Virus record (IMG/VR): IMGVR_UViG_3300044508_000045
Coordinates: 1-43,714 of that record
From: a virus
Lineage: Duplodnaviria > Caudoviricetes
Reading direction: 5' to 3' (one strand)
Length of the DNA: 43,714 nucleotides
Each line of letters starts with the position of its first letter. Position 1 is the stretch's first letter. Below, in pieces: positions 31,901 through 40,817 of this stretch. The translations under genes were made by a program, and so were the position numbers. The notes beneath the pieces were generated by a model. That model had not been told where the DNA came from and searched no databases. It worked only from the letters and a program-made list of their open reading frames with translations.

Positions 31901-34828
31901 CCGCTGCCCGGTCCGCAGGAACTCGCGGAGGTTGAAGACGGGGTCGAGGAGCGCGAGTTCCTGGACGTCGGCCCGGACCTGGACTCGCTCCTCGCCGAGG
32001 GTCCGGCGGAGGCCTTCGAGGGACCGCTGCTCGACGGAGGTCTGGGCGGCGCGCCCCGCCGACTCCCAGCCGGCCCGATAGGCGGCGAACTCGGCCGGCG
32101 TCATCCCAGCCTCCTCGGCCGTCTGGAACGCCGGCACCAGCCCCGCCTCGACGCGGGCCTGCCCGATCTCCGCCTCCGTGGCGAGCAGGCGGTCCATGAC
32201 GCCCCGGACCTCGTCGGTCAGCTCGACGTCGAGCCCCCGGAGGGTCCGGTAGACGTGCGTCAGCCACGCCTTGAAGGACTGGAAGACCTCGGCGAGCCCC
32301 TCGGCCGGCGCCTTGCCCTCGCGCAGGTACGTCTCGAAGCCGCGGGCGAACCGCTCGAGCTGGTCGGTGGTGAAGTCGCCGCTGGCCGGCACGCCGAGCC
32401 AGGCGTGGACCTTCTCCAGGTCGGCCCTCAGGTCGGCGTTCTTCTCGGCCGAGATCCGAAGCGCCTCGAGAAAGACGTGCCCGCTCTCGTGCAGGAAGGT
32501 GGAGAGGTTCGCCTGCCCGGTCAGGGTGACCTTGAACCACTCCCGGCCCTTCGGGAACCGGACGTAACCTCGGACGTCGGAGCGGCCGGCCTGGTTGAGG
32601 CGCTGGGCCGACGCCTGCTCCCCGCGCATCCGCTGGATCTCGGCCTCGGCCTCCATGAGCCGCTCGACGCCGTCCAGATCCAGCTCCGCGAGAGCGTCCG
32701 CGGAGAGCGTCCAGCGCTCCCCCTGGAGCTCGAACGGCACACCGAGGCGGCGGAGCCTGTCGTACATCCGCTCCGTCGGGTCGGTGCGGATGATGTCGCT
32801 CTCGAACCCCTTCCCTTGCTCCTGGGCGAGCCGCAGCGCGCGCAGGTAGAGCGCCGTCGAGTAGCCCTGCCCGCCCACCCGCCGGCGGTTCTCCAGGTTC
32901 TCCGGGACGCCGAGGGCGAGTAGCGTCGCCCTCAGGGCGTCCTCACCCTGCTCGAGCTCCAGTTGCAGGGGCTGCCCCGGGTAGGTGAGCACCGGCCCCG
33001 CCTCGCCCTGCGCGATCTCCACAGGCGCGGTCGGCTGGGTGAGAACCTCGATCCCCTCCTCCACCGGCACGATCCCCAGCGCCTCGTTCTCCAGCTGGAG
33101 GCCGAGCTCCTGGTAGAACGCCCAGGCGTCGCCCTTCCCGGTCCGGCGCGCCATCGTGTCGGCGAACGCGCCCCAGAGCGCCGCGCTGGTCCGGGCCACG
33201 TCGGGGTCCTGCCCGGCCGCCTCGAGCTTCGCGGCGACGTCCTCGGTGACCCGCTGCCGGGGGGTCGCCGGCGGCGCCTTGGCCTCCCGCTTCGCCTCCT
33301 CGCCGGCGATCTTCTTGGACTCCGCGACCGCGGCCTCCGCCTCCCGTAGGGTGAGCGTGTCGCCCACCCGGAGGTCCTTCACGAGCGCCTCGAAGCCCTT
33401 CAGGGGGGCGACGTTGACCGCGAACTCCGCCGTGGGGATGGCGACCTCGACCCCGGGGTTCCCAGCCGCCTCCTCGAGCTGGCGCGCCACCGACGGCATT
33501 CGGCGGGCCACCTGATCGAGGGCGATCTCGTTCTGCTGGAAGAGGACGTTCAGCGCCTCGGCCGGGACCGACACCGACTCGACCCCGCCGCCCTGGCTGG
33601 CCTGCACCGCCTCGACGTGGGCCTGGGCGAGGTCCGGGTTCTGGGCCACCGTCGTCGACCCCGCGGCGGCCTCTGCGAGCCCCTGGGCCCACGCGGCGCG
33701 GTCCCGGGCCCCCTGGGCCTCCCGGACGTCCGAGCGCAGCCCAGCGGCGACGCCCGGCGCTCCCATGACGGCCCCAGCGAGCGCCCCCTCCACGCCGGCG
33801 TCGATGACCCGCTGCCAGTCGATGGTGACGCCCTCGGTCTGGTCAATGACCTGGCCGCCGAGGATGGTGGTCAGCTCCTGGGCCGCCTCGGTGAGCCCCT
33901 CCACGGTCACGCCGCCGGCGAGCCGCGCGGCCGCCCGGGCGAACGCGGCCCGGCCGGTGTTCGACTGGAGGGCGCGCCGGAAGGCATCCCGGGCGATCCC
34001 GCCCTTCACGAGCGCCTTCAGCGCCGGGATCTGGAGGACCAGGTCGAGGGGGAGCACCTCGAGCCCGCCGTTCACCGCACCGACGATCATGGACGCGGTC
34101 CGGGCCTGCTCCCGGGTCACCCCGGGGATCGCCATGTACTCCCGGAAGGCGAGCCCCGCCTCCCGCTTCCCCATGGCAAGGACCATGCCGGCGCGCCCCG
34201 CCACCGAGGCGCCGAACTTCGCCCCGCCGATCGCCGCCGGCCCGACCGCCGCGCCGCCCGTACCGAGCGCGGCCGCGCCGCCGGCGACCACAGCGCCCAC
34301 CGCGGCTCCGCCCGCTGCAAGGGGGCCTGCCTCGATCGCGGAGCCCACCATCATCGGGGTCGACTCGGTCGCGGCGCGCAGGCCCCGCGCGAGGAGTCCC
34401 ACCTCGGGTCGCGGCAGGCCGCTGGAGAGGAGTTCCAGGCGCTCGGCCTCGGCGTCCTCCTCCGGCGTGGCGATGCCCTGGGACTGCCGCCAGCCGAGGA
34501 TCGCCAGGCGGTCGGTCAGGGTGCCGCGGTAGGCCGCGTCACCGAGCCCGCCGGTAAGCATCGTGCCGCTGCCCCGGAAGACGGTCTCGAGGAAGGAGAG
34601 CCCCTCGACGTCCTGGTAGACCTCCGCGGCGCGGCCGGGGTCCGCGAGGAGCTCCTGCGTCGTGGGTGCGTCCTTCGCCAGGTCGGCCCAGCTCGGGGCC
34701 GGCGCGGGCGCGGCCGCCGGTGGAGGCTGAGCGGCGACGATGGCCTGGGACGCCGACAGCGCCCGCTGGCGCTCGAGGTCGTCGTCGGAGGGTGCCGCGG
34801 CCGCGAGCGCATCCCAGTCGGTGGTCAC
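28916..34828 (-). CDS. giant internal virion (ejection) protein, polyvalent type
   Basis: 1970 aa, last of three genes after the tail nozzle. Gly/Ala hydrophobic segment near the N-terminus, GNAT-like segment, ANLSTFLHESGH motif. Confidence 0.8.
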   Translation of the reverse strand: MTTDWDALAAAAPSDDDLERQRALSASQAIVAAQPPPAAAPAPAPSWADLAKDAPTTQELLADPGRAAEVYQDVEGLSFLETVFRGSGTMLTGGLGDAAYRGTLTDRLAILGWRQSQGIATPEEDAEAERLELLSSGLPRPEVGLLARGLRAATESTPMMVGSAIEAGPLAAGGAAVGAVVAGGAAALGTGGAAVGPAAIGGAKFGASVAGRAGMVLAMGKREAGLAFREYMAIPGVTREQARTASMIVGAVNGGLEVLPLDLVLQIPALKALVKGGIARDAFRRALQSNTGRAAFARAAARLAGGVTVEGLTEAAQELTTILGGQVIDQTEGVTIDWQRVIDAGVEGALAGAVMGAPGVAAGLRSDVREAQGARDRAAWAQGLAEAAAGSTTVAQNPDLAQAHVEAVQASQGGGVESVSVPAEALNVLFQQNEIALDQVARRMPSVARQLEEAAGNPGVEVAIPTAEFAVNVAPLKGFEALVKDLRVGDTLTLREAEAAVAESKKIAGEEAKREAKAPPATPRQRVTEDVAAKLEAAGQDPDVARTSAALWGAFADTMARRTGKGDAWAFYQELGLQLENEALGIVPVEEGIEVLTQPTAPVEIAQGEAGPVLTYPGQPLQLELEQGEDALRATLLALGVPENLENRRRVGGQGYSTALYLRALRLAQEQGKGFESDIIRTDPTERMYDRLRRLGVPFELQGERWTLSADALAELDLDGVERLMEAEAEIQRMRGEQASAQRLNQAGRSDVRGYVRFPKGREWFKVTLTGQANLSTFLHESGHVFLEALRISAEKNADLRADLEKVHAWLGVPASGDFTTDQLERFARGFETYLREGKAPAEGLAEVFQSFKAWLTHVYRTLRGLDVELTDEVRGVMDRLLATEAEIGQARVEAGLVPAFQTAEEAGMTPAEFAAYRAGWESAGRAAQTSVEQRSLEGLRRTLGEERVQVRADVQELALLDPVFNLREFLRTGQRLDGQAVDESIAGAKLSREGLEGLADARGLRRLTPFIAKEGGLDPDTLAPYFGFADGAAMVQALVTTPRRDAWVKAETDRRMAERYPEGQIATLGKMSVQAVREVEGMVTAMRRELDAAGKRIAAGPGRVSVEALRRGAKERVAQMTDLELRPDKYRRAEASSAKAFVEAVAAKKWAEAYDAKWRQLWNHFMAAETARAKEEVERIRAYARGFEDVGKLARIGKAGQRYVDAVRAILDGLQLRPESAKAVRRRDSLARYVAEMEASGDTVAPALKDLAELKSWRKMTVTELQGVEAALANVEAMARLKGKLLLGKERRDLVRTAAELAASIRANVGAEKGATPGQRPRGERIASWFRRGDAEMKKVEFLARELDGGKTAGLAHELLFQPMVDAQNARYDLQDAVFGSLMMPFQGLAAARRKRYRQTVGFLHSPKFGKMVRLTRRDVLSVVLNMGNDGNRERLLKGYGWTEEQVRARLAQLLDAGDVEIVENIWKTVDSLWPHIRDLHQRHAGLAPPRVEATPFRLVLSDGTEAQLSGGYYPIVKALDLSDVGRNVAEFEESQSLWTANFFGPVVEHGFTKRRGKDMSPLELSLDVVPRHLDKVIHYLTHYEPIRGVDRLLQVPELRQAITEGLGAEYLAGLRPWLQAIAADGTVHDPIAWWSRTLRHLRFGSSVVLLFGKIPTGIKQSLGLFTSAKEVRRRHLVSGVRKFLSEGWGEVMKESGEFRHLDKQLDRDARELFVSLQGKFGDLHKVRAQIIEWGALPIMLVQKMVNAVTWYAAREQAFEEGHTDPAAYADSVVRMTQTGGGVKDLAAIQRGGEAFKMLTVMFSYRSVLYNLLTERTGKSGWAKTREVFARTWWLLLAPVVFEQLVMSGIGDDEDEADVAKRLALEAALLPISTIPVAGDLGRGMLEDRALRAAPWLDAIARGLEGAKDIAAGDGKAADYRQLSAAVGTVTHLPTAGLWNLGEWAVRLSEGELEEPVQDLLFRNPSKWE

Positions 34829-36621
34829 CGGGCGCCCCCGAGGTAGGCGCGGACCGCTATCGCGGCCACGGCCGAGGAGCCGGAGGCCTTCCCCGCCTTC
34901 TGTAGCGCCGCCTCGATCTGCTTGCCCTGCGTCTGGATGATGTCGAACACCGCCACCTCGTCAGCCGGCAAGAGGACTCGCGTCCCGGCCCCGGCGCGCC
35001 AGCCGGCCTCGATGTCGCCGCGCCACGCGCCGAGCTCCGTCATGGTCTTCTCCTGGGCCTTCGGGTCGATCCCCTTGCCGCGCCGCAGCGTGCTGTCACG
35101 GACCGGTCCCTGGTACTCGGCCGGGATGCCCGACGAGGAGGCCTCTGCCTTCCACGCCTTCGCCGCGACGAGCTTGTCGACGAGCGGCGCCACGAGGAAG
35201 GTCTGCTCGGCCGGCGTCAACGGGGCGGCGTCGCCGCGGGCGGCCTTCGCCTTGGCCGCGTTGAAGAGCGCGCGGTTCACCTCACGCTGCACGTAGCCGA
35301 CGGCGACGGCGTCCTTCTCGGCGTCCGAGCCCGAGACGTGGAAGCCGTGCGCGATCAGCCGGGTGTTCGTCTCCTCCTGGGGCCCGTAGAAGCTCGTGTA
35401 CTTGACGCCGTCCGGGCCATCGACCCGCAGCGTCCGCTGGAGATCCACGTAGTGCCTCGCGTCCGGCACCGCCAGCCGGCCGAAGTAGGGGCCCAGGTCG
35501 AGCGTCTTGAACTTCGCCGGGTCGGTCATCGCGATCCGGTTGAGCTCGGCGTAGGCCGCCATGTCGGTCTTGATCTCTCGGGCCCCCGGCTTCGTGCTCT
35601 CGACGAGGTTGATCGCCCACTGCAGCGTGCCGCTCGACACAGTGCCGGGCTGCGGGATGAGGTCCCGCGGGAGCTGCCGACCGTTCGCCTGGATGTATGC
35701 GCCCAGGATCGTGTTCCGGGCCTCCTCGTCCGCGGCCCGCTGGGCGCGATCCCCTGCCGTGGCCTGGTCCTGCTCGAAGTCCTTCACCTCGGCCTCGAGG
35801 CGCCGCTTCCAGTCGGCCCGCTCGCCCTGGTCCATCTGCTCGAGCCCCTCGCCGCTCTCGAGGCGCTGGATCAGCTTCCCCGCCTCCAGCGCGTCGCCGA
35901 CCGACTTGATGCCGGCGAGGCGCCGCTCCTCGAGCGGCCGCCGCTGCTGCTCGAGCTCGACCTTGCCCGCGAGGTCCTCCTTCTCGGCAGGCTCGTAGGC
36001 CCGGGACGTCGCGATGAGCTCCTGCGCCGCCTGCCAGTTACCGGCCCGGACGAAGTTCTCCAGGGCCTCGGCCTGCTCCTTGCGCTGGTCCTGCAGCATC
36101 GCCCGGAACTGCGACTGGCCGAGGCGCGTCTTCCTCGCGGCGACGTCCTCGCCCGCGCGCGCCTCGAACTCCGCCCGCCACCCCTCGCCGACCGTCATCG
36201 CGCTCGACGCGGTCTTCATCAGGTCCTTCGCCCGCTTCTCGTAGATGGCCGCCGCGACCTTCCACATCGGGACGTCGTCCCGGTCCACCTCGACGGCCTC
36301 GCCGGTCTGCATGTCGAGGGCCCGGCGGACGAGCGACTGGCGCGTCGCCTCGTCCAGGGCGTCGAGGTTGCCGCCGAGCTGGTCCCGGACCTGCTGCGTC
36401 GTCAGGTAGGGTGTCCGCTCGATCTCCGCCTCGAGCTCGGCGAGCCCGGCCTGCAGGCTGGCGGAGGCCTTCTGCCCCTGGGTCCGCACGACCTCCCGGC
36501 CGAAGGCGTTGAACCCCTCCGCGATCGTGCCGAGCGCCTCTCGCTGCGCCCGGTCCACCCGGGCGAAGGAGTCGCCGGACCCCTGGACCGCGGCGCCGTA
36601 CTCGACGTCGGGCAGCTTCAC
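34825..36621 (-). CDS. internal virion protein (T7 gp15 position)
   Basis: GTG 36621 overlaps the upstream TGA; helical 598-aa protein; synteny. Confidence 0.7.
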   Translation of the reverse strand: MKLPDVEYGAAVQGSGDSFARVDRAQREALGTIAEGFNAFGREVVRTQGQKASASLQAGLAELEAEIERTPYLTTQQVRDQLGGNLDALDEATRQSLVRRALDMQTGEAVEVDRDDVPMWKVAAAIYEKRAKDLMKTASSAMTVGEGWRAEFEARAGEDVAARKTRLGQSQFRAMLQDQRKEQAEALENFVRAGNWQAAQELIATSRAYEPAEKEDLAGKVELEQQRRPLEERRLAGIKSVGDALEAGKLIQRLESGEGLEQMDQGERADWKRRLEAEVKDFEQDQATAGDRAQRAADEEARNTILGAYIQANGRQLPRDLIPQPGTVSSGTLQWAINLVESTKPGAREIKTDMAAYAELNRIAMTDPAKFKTLDLGPYFGRLAVPDARHYVDLQRTLRVDGPDGVKYTSFYGPQEETNTRLIAHGFHVSGSDAEKDAVAVGYVQREVNRALFNAAKAKAARGDAAPLTPAEQTFLVAPLVDKLVAAKAWKAEASSSGIPAEYQGPVRDSTLRRGKGIDPKAQEKTMTELGAWRGDIEAGWRAGAGTRVLLPADEVAVFDIIQTQGKQIEAALQKAGKASGSSAVAAIAVRAYLGGAR

Positions 36622-37022
36622 GACTCGCTCCCGCCGCTGGTCTCCGCATCGTCCCGCCACCAGTTCTGCGATTGGGCGTAGGACTGGAACATCTGGGCCC
36701 CGCCCGTGGCGAGGTTCCACCAGGCCTGCCGCTCCATCCCCTTCGCCTCCCGCATGCCGGCGTCGTAGGCCCATTGCTCCTGGCGCGCGAACTCGGCCTC
36801 CATCGTCTGGAGGTAGGTCTGGAGTCCCTGGCTCTCGAACTCGATGCCGGATGCGGCGCCGCGTGCGCGCGCCTCGCCGAGGACCTGCTGGTGCTCCAGC
36901 CGGAAGCGCCGGAGCTGCTCACGGGTGTCGGCGCGCTGCTGACTGGCGGCCTCCCGCCCCAGCCACCAGGAGTAGCCGCTGGAGGCCCCCTGTGCCCCGA
37001 TCGCCGCGATGGCCTGCCACAT
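36618..37022 (-). CDS. small internal virion protein (T7 gp14 position)
   Basis: GGAGG RBS; MWQAIAAIGAQG...ARGAASGI pattern; synteny. Confidence 0.7.
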   Translation of the reverse strand: MWQAIAAIGAQGASSGYSWWLGREAASQQRADTREQLRRFRLEHQQVLGEARARGAASGIEFESQGLQTYLQTMEAEFARQEQWAYDAGMREAKGMERQAWWNLATGGAQMFQSYAQSQNWWRDDAETSGGSES

Positions 37023-37030
37023 GGTGCCTC

Positions 37031-39115
37031 CTACGTCTTGTTCGCCTGGAGCGTGCCGAAGATGGCGAGGATCTCGGTCCGAAGCGGCAGATCCTGCTCG
37101 ATGGTGATCTCCCCGTTCTCGGACCAGCCGAGATTCCTCGCGACGACGTCGCCGGTGACGAGCGGCTCCGCCTCGTCCATGTCGGTGCCCGGAGTCCGGT
37201 CGGCCGCGCGCTGACCATTCACCAGCGGGAGCGCCGAGTCGTTGAGGCGGAGGCCGATCTGCGCCCACCGCTGCTTCGCCCCCATCGAGGAGCCACGCGG
37301 CCCCGCGACCTCGGGACGGAGGGTGACAAGCTTCGCGCGGTACGGGAGCCCGACGGCGACGGCCTTCCCGACCAGCGCCGGGTCGTCGGCGATGCGCTGT
37401 GCCAAGACGGCCTGGACCTCGCCACCGGTCACGACCTGGTCGCCCTCCACCTGCCCGTCCACCACGACCCGGACCGTCTCGCCCTCCAGATGGTCGAGGC
37501 CGTCCACGACGCCGTCGGCCGGGAGCGTGGTCGCCACGTGCGAGTCGAGGTAGTTCACCCCGACCTCGTGGAGCGGGAGGATCTCCATCACCGTCGTCCC
37601 GCCGCGGGTGACCCAGAGCACGAGCTCGTCGCCGTCGTCGGAGTCGACCACGCAGCCGGTGACGACGGAGGTGAACGCCGGGAGGCGCCACGCCGCGGCG
37701 ACCTGCTGGCCGCGATCGTAGGTGACGGCGAAGACCGTGCCGTCGGTGCGGATCCCGATGATCGTCGGGACCGGCTTCCGGGCGAAGTGCAGCTCCTTGA
37801 TGTCGTGGATGAGGTGCTCGAAGGAGAGGCTGATGGGGGGCGCGACCCAGCCGTCCTTCACCTGGGCGTCGAAGGAGAGCGCCCGGATCTGCCGGCCGGA
37901 CCGCTCCAGGAAGAGGACCTCGTCGCCGAGGTGGACGGCCTGGTGGGCAGCGGAGCCGAAGGCGCTCTCCTCCTCGACCTGGATGTTCGAGGAGGTGACG
38001 ACAGCGCCGGCGCCGTGGATCGACTGCTCGACGCGCTCGGCGCCGGCGAGGAGGGTCCTCTGACCCTGGAGCCAGCGGATGGCGCCGCGGACGGAGGCGG
38101 TGACGCTGAAAGAGTCGTCCGGGTCGGCGCCGGTGGTGAAGTCGAACGCATTGCCACTCTTCGAGGCGGCGACAGTGTTTGCCTCATCGGGAGGCGCCCC
38201 GAGCCACAGACGGCCCTGAAAGCCCCAGTCGATGACGGCTGGGTAGTTCGTCCCGCCCCACCCCGAGGGTGGACTAACGAGCGCCGCCGCGCCGAACTCA
38301 AAGAGACCGTGAGCGTTCACGGTCAACAGTTGTGGTGCCACGTTGCCGTGTACCAGCATGGCCCGGTTCTTGGTGAGGTCCTGGTCGAACTGGACCGCGG
38401 TTACTTGGCCAGCCGTCCACGGTGTTTCGAAGTGATCCGCCGCCACCGCGGCGTCGTCCGACAGGAACACGTCGTCGACGTCGCACGAGAAGACCCCCGG
38501 CACGCCGCCGGCGCCGGCGAACCGAACCAGGACCGTGGCCGTTCCCACGGGAACGTTGAGCGTCCGGGAGTGGAGTTCCCACGCTGAGATGAGGGGGACG
38601 GTCTCGTTAAGAAAGACGCCGGCTCCGGCCTCCACCACCACCTGAACCGCCACCCCTCGAGCCCGAAAACGCAGCGTGAGGACGGTGTCGTCCGGCACCG
38701 CCACGTCGGTTTGCCTGAAGTCGTCATTCCCGACACAGCGGACAAAGCCGCCGGCATACCAGTCGGCGGCTCCCACCCACGGCGAGAGCCCACCGTCAAA
38801 ACGCCCATTCACCAACAAATTCGTCAGGAACGTCTGCGGGGTCCCGTCCTGCGCGAAGATCCGCAGCTCCTGGTCGAGCAGCGCGACCACGTAGGGGTCG
38901 CCGCCGCTCACGTTGAACGGAATCGAGCGCACCACGCCCGCCAGCGAGGCCCTGTACGCCGATCCCGCTCGCATCAGCGCCGACCCGAGCGGGAAGGGGA
39001 TGAACTCCTCGTCCACCTTCACCGCCCGCCGGTACAGGTCCAGGTCCACCCGGCCGAGGATCTTCGGCGTCACCTCCCCGCCGGCGAAGCTGGTCTGGAT
39101 CGGCTGCGTCGCCAT
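37031..39115 (-). CDS. tail tubular protein B (nozzle, T7 gp12-like) with inserted CBM-like domain
   Basis: QTSFAGGEVTP...GRVDLDLY, YPAVI...FQGRLWLG, GLDHLEGETV...VGLPY, EQDLPL motifs. Confidence 0.88.
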   Translation of the reverse strand: MATQPIQTSFAGGEVTPKILGRVDLDLYRRAVKVDEEFIPFPLGSALMRAGSAYRASLAGVVRSIPFNVSGGDPYVVALLDQELRIFAQDGTPQTFLTNLLVNGRFDGGLSPWVGAADWYAGGFVRCVGNDDFRQTDVAVPDDTVLTLRFRARGVAVQVVVEAGAGVFLNETVPLISAWELHSRTLNVPVGTATVLVRFAGAGGVPGVFSCDVDDVFLSDDAAVAADHFETPWTAGQVTAVQFDQDLTKNRAMLVHGNVAPQLLTVNAHGLFEFGAAALVSPPSGWGGTNYPAVIDWGFQGRLWLGAPPDEANTVAASKSGNAFDFTTGADPDDSFSVTASVRGAIRWLQGQRTLLAGAERVEQSIHGAGAVVTSSNIQVEEESAFGSAAHQAVHLGDEVLFLERSGRQIRALSFDAQVKDGWVAPPISLSFEHLIHDIKELHFARKPVPTIIGIRTDGTVFAVTYDRGQQVAAAWRLPAFTSVVTGCVVDSDDGDELVLWVTRGGTTVMEILPLHEVGVNYLDSHVATTLPADGVVDGLDHLEGETVRVVVDGQVEGDQVVTGGEVQAVLAQRIADDPALVGKAVAVGLPYRAKLVTLRPEVAGPRGSSMGAKQRWAQIGLRLNDSALPLVNGQRAADRTPGTDMDEAEPLVTGDVVARNLGWSENGEITIEQDLPLRTEILAIFGTLQANKT

Positions 39116-39118
39116 CCG

Positions 39119-39685
39119 CTACCCCCGCGCGCTCCGCGCCCAGGTGCTGAAGATCTGCCCGGCGCGCCCCTGCTGCCCGTCGACCGCGGCCGCCTCCTTC
39201 ATCCGGTTCAGGTACTCGCTCCAGAGCTCCGACTTCAGGGAGCGGTTCTCCGTGAGCGGCACGGCGATCACGTAGGCCAGGTAGGCCGCGAGCGCCTGCT
39301 CGAAGCCCGGAGAGAACTGGCCCGGGTCCTCGACCCGCTCGATGCACCGCACCATCACCGGACCGTCGAAGGTGGCGACCACCTGCCGCCCCTCGACCCG
39401 CCAGTCCTCGAGCTCGTAGGTGCCGTCGCCGGCGCTCAGGACGCGGAGCACGCTCGATGGCAGCGGGAAGGCGTTCGACGGCCCCCACTCGGGCGCCTCG
39501 GCCGCCGCGGCGAGGCTGCGGCGAACGATGGCGAAGGACCACGGCCGGGCCGCCAGGACGAAGTCCCGGGCGCCCGCCCAGTTGACGGAGCAGAGCTCGG
39601 CCACCGACGACTCGTCCTCGAGGGAGGTGATGCGGTCCTCCCCCAGCATGGCGAGCGCCAGGTTGCAGATGTCGACCGTGGTCAC
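39119..39685 (-). CDS. tail tubular protein A (adaptor, T7 gp11-like)
   Basis: VDICNLALAMLGEDRITSL...RDFVL...PWSFA...FPLP motif. Confidence 0.88.
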   Translation of the reverse strand: MTTVDICNLALAMLGEDRITSLEDESSVAELCSVNWAGARDFVLAARPWSFAIVRRSLAAAAEAPEWGPSNAFPLPSSVLRVLSAGDGTYELEDWRVEGRQVVATFDGPVMVRCIERVEDPGQFSPGFEQALAAYLAYVIAVPLTENRSLKSELWSEYLNRMKEAAAVDGQQGRAGQIFSTWARSARG

Positions 39686-39697
39686 ATTCGCCCCCGC

Positions 39698-39904
39698 CTA
39701 CTTCTTCTGCGTCCCCGCCGCCGGCTGCTCCGGCTTCTTCGCCGCCGGCTTCTTCGCCAGCTTCAGGAGCGACTCGCCGTTCACCTCGAACCACTTCGGC
39801 GAGATGCTCGGGTTCGTCTCCTGGACCTGCTCCAGGGTGGCGCCGCCGGCGAGCTGCTGGATGAGGCCGTTGATCTGGTGCTGCGGGACTCCGTCGCGAG
39901 GCAT
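39698..39904 (-). CDS. small hypothetical protein
   Basis: AAGGAG RBS, Lys-rich tail. Confidence 0.7.
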   Translation of the reverse strand: MPRDGVPQHQINGLIQQLAGGATLEQVQETNPSISPKWFEVNGESLLKLAKKPAAKKPEQPAAGTQKK

Positions 39905-39927
39905 GTGGTGCTCCTTGTGGTGTGGGG

Positions 39928-40746
39928 CTACTGGAGGGGCTCGAAGACGAGGGTCAGGATCCCCGTCGCGGCCGTGTTGTAGGTGCCGGTGGTGTCCACG
40001 TCGACGGTGACGATGTCGCCGCCGCTCGACGCCGCGTCGAAGCCGCCGGCCAGGGTGCCAGCCGAGACGGTGAAGCCGTTCCCGGTCTCCGCCAGCGTGA
40101 GGGCGTTGCCGACGGTCCCCGAGCGCTTCGCCGTGATGGTCACGACGGCGTTGGTGGCCGAGGCGATGACGGACGAGTTGGCGACCGCGTTGATGAGCGC
40201 GGCGAGCGCCGTCGCGTCTGCGTTCTCGTCGGCGCCGATGTTGAACTCGTAGGGTCCGACGGCACCGGATGCCCGGGCGGTGTAGGTGAAGCCGCCCACG
40301 GTGACCGTCTCGGCCGCGGCGAGGCCGGCCCCGACGGTGATGGTCCCGGTAGCCGCGGTCGTCTTCTTGATGACGGGTCGCGTCGCGCCGGACGGTGCGG
40401 ACAGCGTCCCCAGCGGAGAGCCGGAGACGTTCGTCACCTTCGAGGCGCCGGCCGCGGCGGTGAAGCCGGGGGCCGTGGTGACCATGGCGAGCGTGCTCCG
40501 CTTGGGAGTGATGACCCAGGAGGTCCCGTCGCCGGCGACGGCCTGCGCGATGATGAGGTCCTTCAGGACCATTCCGGCCGCCGGGAGCACGCAGACGAGC
40601 TGCCCGGTGGCGTCGACGGTCATGGAGAGGTTGGCGGAGCAGACGTGGTAGCGCGTCGGCGACTTGGCCGGGAGCTGGGGCGCCGCGAGGGCGGCGGAAG
40701 CGACGAGGAGCGCCAGCGCGGCGCCGAGGATGCGGAAGGTCTTCAT
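39928..40746 (-). CDS. signal-peptide-bearing beta-rich protein at the capsid-decoration position
   Basis: AAGGAG RBS; MKTFRILGAALALLVASAALA-AP (n/h/c regions, AxA); Thr/Gly/Ala-rich with a sheath-like inserted domain; directly after the MCP. Confidence 0.75.
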   Translation of the reverse strand: MKTFRILGAALALLVASAALAAPQLPAKSPTRYHVCSANLSMTVDATGQLVCVLPAAGMVLKDLIIAQAVAGDGTSWVITPKRSTLAMVTTAPGFTAAAGASKVTNVSGSPLGTLSAPSGATRPVIKKTTAATGTITVGAGLAAAETVTVGGFTYTARASGAVGPYEFNIGADENADATALAALINAVANSSVIASATNAVVTITAKRSGTVGNALTLAETGNGFTVSAGTLAGGFDAASSGGDIVTVDVDTTGTYNTAATGILTLVFEPLQ

Positions 40747-40817
40747 GGCGTTCTCCTTGGAGAGGGACGCGGAAGGGGCCGGCCCGCGGGTCGCCCCCCC
40801 CAACCCCGCCCCCGCCG

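Noticed and set aside
29937-38587. Long alternative ORFs (e.g. 29937..32540 -, 31334..32923 +, 36509..38587 +; likewise 11155..13077 +, 21668..23371 -)
   Set aside because: Arg/Pro/Gly-rich off-frame or antisense ORFs expected at this GC content, overlapping well-supported genes.
40775-40817. Terminator or G-quadruplex between MCP and the next gene
   Set aside because: The hairpin is imperfect with no U-tract, and G-runs are unremarkable at this GC content.
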